DNA of 64,000 bases, taken from positions 76,136,001 to 76,200,000 of the forward strand of contig OX597819.1 of the NCBI GenBank assembly GCA_951406725.2, written 5' to 3'. How positions within the stretch are numbered: the stretch's first letter is position 1; each line of letters starts with the position of its first letter. Positions 54,371-64,000 of this stretch are shown here, piece after piece. A program made the translations under genes and the position numbers. The notes under the pieces were generated by a model, which was not told where the DNA came from, made no database searches, and saw only the letters and a program-made list of their open reading frames with translations. The stretch comes from Octopus vulgaris (lineage: Eukaryota).

Positions 54371-54640
54371 AGGCCCAATGGCCCAGTGGTTATGGCAGCG
54401 GACTCGCGGTTTCGATTCCCAGACCGGGCGTTGTGTGTGTTTATTGAGTGAAAACACATAAAAGTTCCACGAGTCTCCGGCAGGGGGTGGTGATCCCTGC
54501 TGTATTCTTTCACCACTCTTTCTCTCACTCTTCTGTTGGCCTGCTCGCTTAGCCGGGCGGGGTGGCGTTATTCGAAGGCTAAAACAATGCGAACGCATTG
54601 TGACCAGCGATGTGTAGCAACATCAAATGGTCTGGTCGGT

Positions 54641-54648
<8 letters not shown>
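54369..54648 (+). mobile_element. tRNA-derived SINE family D inserted in (TA)n
   Basis: ggaggcccaaTGGCCCAGTGGtta (A box), gtttcgattcc (B-box-like), ends ggtcacgtga followed by (TA)n. Confidence 0.8.
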
Positions 54649-54699
<51 letters not shown>

Positions 54700-54704
<5 letters not shown>

Positions 54705-56445
54705 GATTTTTCCGTAGAATGGGCTTAGGAATCGTTTTGGGTGATGATGTAACGAAGGCCAACATTTTAGATATTACATTTAACTTACACAATAATTCGT
54801 ACTTCCCATACCACAAACCATCGACCTATCTTAAGTATATTAGCAAATTCAGTTATCATTCTAGGGTAATTACTAGGAACTTAGTTAAGGATATTTCATT
54901 TAGATTGTCTAAGTTATCTGCCAATATTGATATGTTCAATAACGCTGAATTTTATAACTCTGCTTTACTTAAAGCAGGTTATACAAGAGAAAGTTACCTT
55001 TATTAATTCCATTCAATCTTATTCTACCTTCACTAATGGAGACATGAAATCTAGTTGTAATGATATAAACGATGTCAATTTTAATTTATACGCCAACCCC
55101 AAACAGAAGAAGGGACATAACCCTTATATAAACCCTTCTTTTCATTCTAAAGGTAAATCGATGTCTTTTAAAGATAGTTGCATTAAAAAAGGCAAGTAAT
55201 AGTAAAACTATTTGGTTGATTATTCCTTATGGGAGGCAAATTAAATCTAATTTTCCATTGCAGTTTCGGGAAATATTTATTTGGAATTTTCCAAAGAATT
55301 CTAGATATTACAGTATTATCAACTCGCACACGGTTAGGATGGGTTTTTCCAACACAAAAAAATCTATTTCAAATTATCTCCTCATATAATATTAGCCTGT
55401 TAAATAAGAATACATTTACTAATACTAACATTAATTTAGCTAATATCATCCATATCCCTAGAAATATTAATAACAAGGTTATTGTCTCTGAAGTCAATTC
55501 CAACAGAATTAAGTTTATGTCAAGTAACTCTAAAATTAAAAATTCTATATAACAGTGTAAAATTACATCAGGTACCAATGTCTTTTTTTTATATAGGTAA
55601 CTCTTCTTCTCAGATAGCTAAAAGAATTTCTAATCATTACTCTAATTTAGGGATAGGAATAAACGTAACAGTACAGGGCTTAGTAAATTATTGTGGTATT
55701 TAAAAGACCATAACAAACAATTTAATTTAGATTGGTTCATTCTCTCAATTTCGTTACCTTATGATAAAGGCAAGGAATTCTGTCTTTACTGTAATTCTGA
55801 ACTGTTTTTTTTCTCTTTTTTCTAAATATTCCCTTGTAAACATTGGCACAAACACACCTTCAGTTCATATAAGTGATGTATATCATTATACATAATTTAA
55901 ACACTCATTTTCATCTTACATTTCCTTTTCACTAGATATATCTTTTTCCAAGACTTTATTTAATTTGCATATCGTTATAGACTTCTCATTTATTTGATTT
56001 CTGATTTTTTCTTTCCTTTACTCCTCCTCTTTCTATAGGCTACCTTTGACGTTATATCCTCTAACGTTTTATAAAAAGAAACTTAATAGCGTTTAGTTCA
56101 TCAGTTTACATATCCATCATATTCTGTTAAAATGTCTTATTGACGAGTTTTATTTCTTCATTTCCCTGAAGAGAAGATTATATTGTTCTACACCATTCTA
56201 TTCCTTTGGAATAATAACAATGATATCTTCGAAACATATGTCGGAAGTAATAGAATTTGAAAAACACCTGCGTTTAACTCCAGTTATTGATTCATATATA
56301 TTATACAAAGTATTTCGCGTAAAGCCGGAGTTTCTACATTTAAAAACAAGGTGTTATGCCCTTTTTACTTGTGTGAATTTTTACTACCCTGGTAATTATT
56401 TGTCTATTTTTTCCGTGATAATTGCAAACAAGAGAAAAATACACA
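54700..56445 (+). mobile_element. 5'-truncated degenerate Penelope-like element (non-Neptune type): RT C-terminus, GIY-YIG, pLTR with hammerhead
   Basis: NILDITFNLHNNSYFPYHKP...ISFRLSKLS...YNSALLKAGY; FFYIGNSSSQIAKRISNHYS; LSKLLWYLKD; PYDKGKEFCLYCNSE. Confidence 0.82.
56161..56247 (+). ncRNA. Minimal type-I hammerhead ribozyme with extended stem II
   Basis: uuucc-CUGAAGA-gaagau...aucuuc-GAAA-C(auau)G-UC-ggaag; all core positions intact. Confidence 0.82.
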
Positions 56446-56463
56446 TCTCTATCTCTCCCTCTT

Positions 56464-56567
<104 letters not shown>

Positions 56568-56827
56568 GTGAAGTTATTAAAAGTGATACTACTTATAACT
56601 TATCTGGTCGACGGTTTTCCTTTTATTCTTCGAGTTTTGAAATATAATACAGAGCCAGTGCCAGTGTTGCATTATTTTAATCCCCCAAATTTACATGTTG
56701 ACACCCCTAGCTTCTCATAGTATTAACATGTAAAATTTTATTTAATTTGGTTAAGCCGGTTAAGAATGAACTGGGAATAGACAGAGATGCAAGGGATTAC
56801 ATATATATATATGTATATATGTATATA

Positions 56828-56882
<55 letters not shown>

Positions 56883-56892
56883 ATACTGTATG

Positions 56893-56955
<63 letters not shown>

Positions 56956-57585
56956 CGGTAGATAGATATGTATAAATCTTTTGCACACAGATGTACTTAT
57001 GCTAAAATTACAACGTCGTATTCACCTACACCCTTAACTTAATCTAATACCCACACACCTGTCTTCTGTTAGAAATTAACAAATAATCCTACCAAAATGA
57101 ATCCAAACATTTATTTTCAAAACATTATTAATATCTGCTTTTAGCCAGATTTAATTTTATTTTACTCCTCTACTGATGTTCATATATCAGCTGAGTAGTT
57201 TAACCATGAATCTACCCATGCAGAGCCAACCAAGTATCACACCTACCTATCACCAGCCAACATACTTCGCACTCCTTGATTGATCACATATAAATGTTTA
57301 TCCAAATAGCGACTGATAGAACACTTCGCCATATCTCAGCACCCACCGAACAAAGCATTGACAATTAGTCATCAAGCTACAACAAATACAATTTCGACTA
57401 CAATTTGTACCATTTCAAAAAAACCATCAACAATTGCTTTGAGTGTATGTATGCGTTTGTATATATGTCTGTGTGTGCGTTTATTTCAGATATCTTTAAA
57501 TAATTTTAAGATTAACTACAAAACTTTTATTGATACAATTACTCAGTTATTTTATTATAAAATTCCTTTTAACTAGGAATTAATG

Positions 57586-58300
<715 letters not shown>

Positions 58301-58309
58301 CTCTCCAGA

Positions 58310-58501
58310 TATGAGGAGGTGTTGAAAAGCCTGGTTGAAGGCCTAGCGTTCCAAGTTCTTTTAGAGGGCTTAGAAAAACCGAGGACCGCTGCAATAAGTG
58401 TGTGAATTTGAGAGGGTAACATGTTGAATAAAACCACCATTGTTTGATCTTCCTGTATTTTCTTTTACACAATTCCCGGAACTTTTCAGTTGCCCCTCGT
58501 A
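58310..58501 (+). mobile_element. Mariner-derived MITE
   Basis: TA-flanked TIRs tgaggaggtgttgaaaag / cttttcagttgcccctcg; homologous to 11491-11695. Confidence 0.75.
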
Positions 58502-58654
58502 TATATACATGTGTATACGCCCATATGTATTTGCATGTGTTTATGAAGAAAGAGCATGGGATTGGCATGTAGTATCTCTCTACTGATTCAGTGCAACTCA
58601 CACTTTTTCTCTTTCCTCTCTTTTCCACTTTAAGGTTTAATTTCCAAGACTTTA

Positions 58655-58798
58655 GGGTTTAATTTGCATATCATTATAGACTTCTCATTTATTTGGTTCC
58701 TGCTTTTTTCTTTCGTTTACTTCTCTTTCTATAGGCAACCTTTGACGTTATATCCTCTAAAGTTTAAAAAAAAAGAATATTAATAGCGTTTAGTTCAT
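58655..58798 (+). repeat. Second copy of the PLE 3' region at 55960-56100
   Basis: taatttgcatatc.ttatagacttctcatttattt...cctttgacgttatatcctctaa...taatagcgtttagttcat is present at both sites. Confidence 0.8.
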
Positions 58799-60406
58799 TC
58801 TCTTTGGCTCCAGTCAACTCTATAATTCAAATTCCCTTGTTCTATGATTCATTATTCTGTGTTTTCTAGGAGCAGCATATACACAGAACTATAGAGCCTC
58901 CGATAAACTGCATTATGGTATATAGTATGGTTATTCGATACCAAATTTCAAACTGTCTTTGCTTTGCCTTTCCGTTTTCAGAGATCGATAAAAAAAGTTC
59001 CAGTCAATAAAATTACGTACTACTGTCGATGTAATCGTCTGCACCTCCTTCTCTGCATGTGCGTCTCTTTTTTCTATTTTAGAAATCAATATTTCCTATT
59101 CTATTTGGCCGATTCCCTATTTTCTCTCACTCACAAGTTCTTTTCTTGTTATCGTTTCAAATTTATTCGTCCATTGTCTTTCTGATTTTTTCTTTCTATC
59201 TAGCCTCTTCATTCTATTTGTTTCTCTTTTTTGTCATCTTCCGTATTGATTCGCAAAATGAATTACTATTGAGTAATGTTCTTTGATTTATGTACTAATA
59301 TCCACCCCAACTCTCTCCTCATTCGTACTATAATTCTCTACTATATTCCTCTCTGAAATACCGCAGACCACACCCATTCTACAATCATTATTTTCCATCC
59401 TTCTAATGCTGTTATATTTCTAAAGACAACTAACAACTCGCCCTCTATTTCTATATATTTTCCTCTCTATTTCTCTTTCTTTCTCTACCAATTTTTAAGC
59501 TCTATTTCATACAGTCATTTTGGTTCCGTTCAAAGTTATAAATTATGAAAGAGAAATAAAGTACCTGGGATGATTTCCTCATATTTTAGAAACGTGAAAG
59601 GGCATGCTAAACAGGTTTCGTAAGCAACGCTTCATGATTGTGTTATCATCCATGTATATTAAATTATACACTTATATATTTATGTCTAGACTTACACACA
59701 CACACACACACACATCTATATTATATATGTATATTATACATCTAAATCTATATTATATATATATGATTATATTATATATCACATATATATATTTATATAT
59801 AATAAATGTATACACACATATATATATATATATTTACATATACACATACACATGCACATATGTACACACCTACGAACACACACACACATACATACACACA
59901 CACGCGGGTTAAGGCTCTGTGTAAATATAACATTCTTTGGGGATCCATTTGTAGAATATATTGTATGGTGTATAGCATTATGATGGAAATGAAGATTTCG
60001 CTTCATTTCTTCTGGGATATAGTATGATTTCTAGTTTTAATATCACTGACAAATAGAAAATAAATTATTATCGTGTTTGTATACTGCTATGATGTTATAT
60101 TATAAGTTGAAATGCGATAAGTGTTATATAAATGAATTGTAATGTGATGATAAAGCGTGTGTATAGCGTCGATGTAACAATGATTTTAACGCTTTAAAAA
60201 TTAATCTTGACGCAGTCGACAAACTCACGTATATACTTTTTTACTCTTTTATAACCGTCAGCTCACAGAGCTGGCCATGCTGGGGTACCACCAACAAAGA
60301 AGATAATAGAGCGTCGTTTTGATCTACTGACTTCCAGATTATGTACCCAGCACGTTTCCACTGCGCATGTATGTGTCTTTCATTTTGTGTAAATATACAG
60401 AACTTA

Positions 60407-60493
<87 letters not shown>

Positions 60494-60494
60494 A

Positions 60495-60885
60495 GCAGGC
60501 ATGGTTGACATGATTGAGAAGCTCGCTTTGCAACTATGTGATATCGAGTTCGGTCCCACGGCTCGGCACTTTTGGTATGAGTGTTTTGCTTTGCCCCTTT
60601 TCCGAGTAATGTCTTGTGAATTAATTTAGTAACCGGAAACTGCGTGGAATCACGTCGTATTTAGATATTTATATGTTTTTGTATGTGTATTTGTGCCTGT
60701 ACTCGTCCTCTGTCACCTCGTTACCAGTGTTGGTTCGTTGACATCCCTCTATATCAGTGGTTCGGTAAAAAGAGAAAGATAGAATAAGTGCCAAACTTAA
60801 AACAGGTGCTCCGATCGATTTGTTCGACTTACCTTTTGAAGTGGTACTCCAGCATGGCCGCATTGCACCCACTAAGACATAAAAA
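60495..60885 (+). mobile_element. SINE family A, diverged full copy
   Basis: gcaggcatggttg...gagttcggtcccacgg...ggaaactg...gatagaataagt...ccagcatggccgc. Confidence 0.7.
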
Positions 60886-62023
60886 TATGAAAATGTACAT
60901 GCTTGAAATTGTCAATTCTTGCTGTGTCAGATGTTAAACATACAGAGTGCCTCATAATTTTGGGATATATTTTAAAAAACATTGTAAACAACGACTAGAA
61001 GAACATTTATTAAGGGAAATGAATAATACATATCAATGGCCGCCAATCGAAACATTATGAGCCTCGCTGTATAAACAATAATATGTTATTTCGCTGGAGA
61101 GCAGAGAAATCTGCATATGTATAAGAGCGAACTTGTAGAAAATATAACTAAAAATTCAAATATAAAAAATAACATTTCAACTAATTTTAAGGCGAGGTGC
61201 TGGTCGATATCATTGAACGAAGTACTTCACTGATACTTTATATTATCGATTCCGTAAAAATGAAAGTAAAGCTGATCTAGCCGGGATTTGAACTCAAAAG
61301 TTAAAGCAACGGAACAACTTACCACAAAGCTTTTTATCCGATAGTCTAACGTTTTCACAAAAATATGTGTTTGAGCTTTGTCAAAGCCAGGCACAAAGAA
61401 CTGGGTCAATAACTAAGAAGTAATGCATCAAATATTCGCTTAGAATAGTAAGGTTCCATAATAAGTAGTCACCCGTATCAAACTAGTAACTATAGCTAAA
61501 TTATCCTGAATTAATATGTGTATGTACATTAAAAGCGAATTCATTGAATTATAAAGAGACATTGCAAAATTGGTAGAACATAGCAAAAGACTACTAGTTA
61601 AAAACAGTTTGAGAGATAATGTCCTAAACGAACATATGGAAGTGAGAATTTCAGAACAGCAATGAAGTGTAACGAAGAACTTCTAACCAATCTTGACATT
61701 TCGACAAACAGATCGATACAATAAACAACAAATTGAGATAATGAATAGGTTGATGTGATCGTCTTAAAACTTCGAAAGTGGTGTTCTGGCATGATCGCCG
61801 TCCAATATCTGAAAACTGTGAAAGAATAATATATTGACCATTGTATGTATGTATGTATGTATGTATGTATGTATGTATGTATGTATGTATGTATGTATGT
61901 ATGTATGTATGTATGTATGTATGTATGTATGAATGTATGTATGTTTGTATGTATGTATGAATGTATGTATGCATGTATGTATGTACGTATGCAGGTATGT
62001 ATGTGCATAAATTCTTATGTATC

Positions 62024-62057
<34 letters not shown>

Positions 62058-62080
62058 TGTATGTATGTATGTATGTATGT

Positions 62081-63655
62081 TCTCGTCTGTTTTTAAACAT
62101 TTAAAGTCTTCAAGCTGAGGAAGGAGCTGGTTTCTAACAAAGATACAAAGCTTCATTGTTGGAATGTATATAACGAAAGCAATGTCACGTTACCTTTCGA
62201 CTTACAGATTGTAAGTTTATAATGTGCTACTTAATTGGCTGATGTCATATATTTTTATTATTTTTTGTAAGCTTATCAAGACAGTCAGTTTGGCATTTTT
62301 TCACAAAACCAAGAGCACCAATTATTATTGGTATAAATGTAAATTTGTAATCTGCATAAAGAAACGACAGGTTTCAGGAGTGGCTGTGTGGTAAGTAGCT
62401 TGCTTACTAGCTATATGGTTCCGGGTTCATTCCTACTGCGTGTCACCTTGGGCAAGTGTCTTCTACTATTGCATCGGGCCGACCAAAGCCTTGTGAGTAG
62501 ATTTCGTAGACGGAAACTGAAAGAAGCCCGTCGTATATATATATATACGTGTGTGTGTGTGTTTGTCTCCCTAACATCACTTGACAACCGATGGTGGTGT
62601 GTTTACGTCCCCATCACTTAGCGATTCGGTAAAAGAGGCAGATAGAATAAGTACTAGGCTTACAAAGGATAAGTCCTGGGGTGGATTTGCTCGACTAAAG
62701 GCGGTGCTCCAGCATGATCACAGTCAAATGACTGAAACAAGTAAAAGAGTAAAAAGAGTATAGTTATCCTCTGTCTCTTTGATTTTCAAAGAGATACTCA
62801 CATCAGCAGGACAGCTGATCTCTATGATGATACATATATTTATTTCTTTGTTCGAAACAATAATATCCGGTTGTTACGCTTACACTAGTATTCCATCTTT
62901 TGATGTTTTTTATACTATTTTTATGTTTTTTTGCAACAACGCTGTGTCGCATAGGGCGGTACTATCTTGACGATATGTTTTAGCAGTTGCTATTTACATG
63001 GGCAGAAATATGACATAGTTTGCATTTTCTGTTGCAGCTTGGAAGCCCAAAGAATTTCACTGCCACTTTTGTTTAATAAGTATTTAATTGCAAGCTGTTC
63101 TTGCAGATATATAACCTTCGAATTGTGATGTGTCATAGCGTTCACGTGTCCACGAAAGGGTTCGCTTCATGTTGATATTGCTCTCTATGCAGAGCGTTTC
63201 ACATCCAGGTTTCTTTGGGATATATTAGTCCGGCTGATTTGGGAATATATGGGAAGTTATCAGGAAGAGATTGCTTCCAAGAGAGCTCACTTCCAGCACG
63301 TAAGAAATTGTTCTCTTCACATTTCATCACTAAGCGAATGTATTTTATGTTTGCTGCTGTTTTTTATCAAGTGCTGCCTGAAAGGGAGACTATATAACAT
63401 ACATAGGCTGTCTGCACTGATCTCAAGCCTCTACCTGCTTCATCTATTCTTGAGTAGAGCTGTCGGTATTCCTATTTTTGTAAAGAATTCCAGTTCATGT
63501 CAGAAACTTGCGGGTTTTAATATCTATGAAGTGGATTTCTTCTACAGACTAGTCAAGTCACATAAATGTTAGAATCAGCACTGGTACTGCAAATGTATCG
63601 TGAGGAGAATTTCGATTGCCATATTTTTCGAAGTCTAGCGTAATATTCTCGGGAA
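62081..63655 (-). mobile_element. Degenerate (CATA)n-associated R4/Dong LINE interrupted by a SINE
   Basis: Minus strand: REYYARLRKIWQS, TFAVPVLILTF, EEIHFIDIKTRK, GRGLRSVQTAY, YADYKFTFIPIIIGALGFV; tail resembles 43790-43885; TATG repeats on both flanks. Confidence 0.78.
62369..62760 (+). mobile_element. tRNA-derived SINE family A, best full-length copy
   Basis: A box TGGCTGTGTGG (62381), B-box-like GGTTCATTCC, internal (TA)/(TG) tract, aagagta-type repeat tail. Confidence 0.88.
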
Positions 63656-63755
63656 TATGTATGTTTGTATGCATGTATGTGTGTATGTGTGTACACCTAG
63701 CTATGTATGTACGTATATATGTATGTATCTGTATGTCTGTCTGTCTGTCTTTCTT

Positions 63756-63846
<91 letters not shown>

Positions 63847-63905
63847 ATCTGTTTGTGTGTCTGTGTGTCTGTGTGTCTGTATGTCTGTCTGTCTGTCTGT
63901 CTGTG

Positions 63906-63990
<85 letters not shown>

Positions 63991-64000
63991 GTCTGTATGT

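Noticed and set aside
54369-54425. Possible tRNA gene (also at 62375 and 37498)
   Set aside because: A/B boxes are present, but there is no complete cloverleaf and the sequence continues into SINE bodies.

Overview
AT-rich, microsatellite-dense animal genomic DNA. The SINE, LINE and Penelope repertoire matches what I recall for Octopus, but that assignment is inferred, not searched. I find no intact host protein-coding gene, and almost all supplied ORFs are microsatellite read-through or transposon relics. The window is a mosaic of decayed transposons: R4/Dong-type RLE LINEs, RTE and CR1/Jockey-like LINEs, Penelope-like elements (PLEs), mariner/Tc1 relics and MITEs, a non-autonomous Helitron, and about four tRNA-derived SINE families. 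The most interesting signal is a set of at least eight sequence-distinct short elements carrying minimal type-I hammerhead ribozyme (HHR) motifs. Most sit in or beside (TA)n tracts and several are fold-back palindromes. The best is a 353-bp, hairpin-rich, terminally redundant retrozyme-like monomer (49488-49858) with an intact HHR core. Also notable: an R4/Dong family apparently tied to (CATA)n rather than (TAA)n, twin-priming-style 5' inversions in an RTE and a PLE, a palindromic element whose loop occurs in both orientations, and a template-switch inverted duplication.
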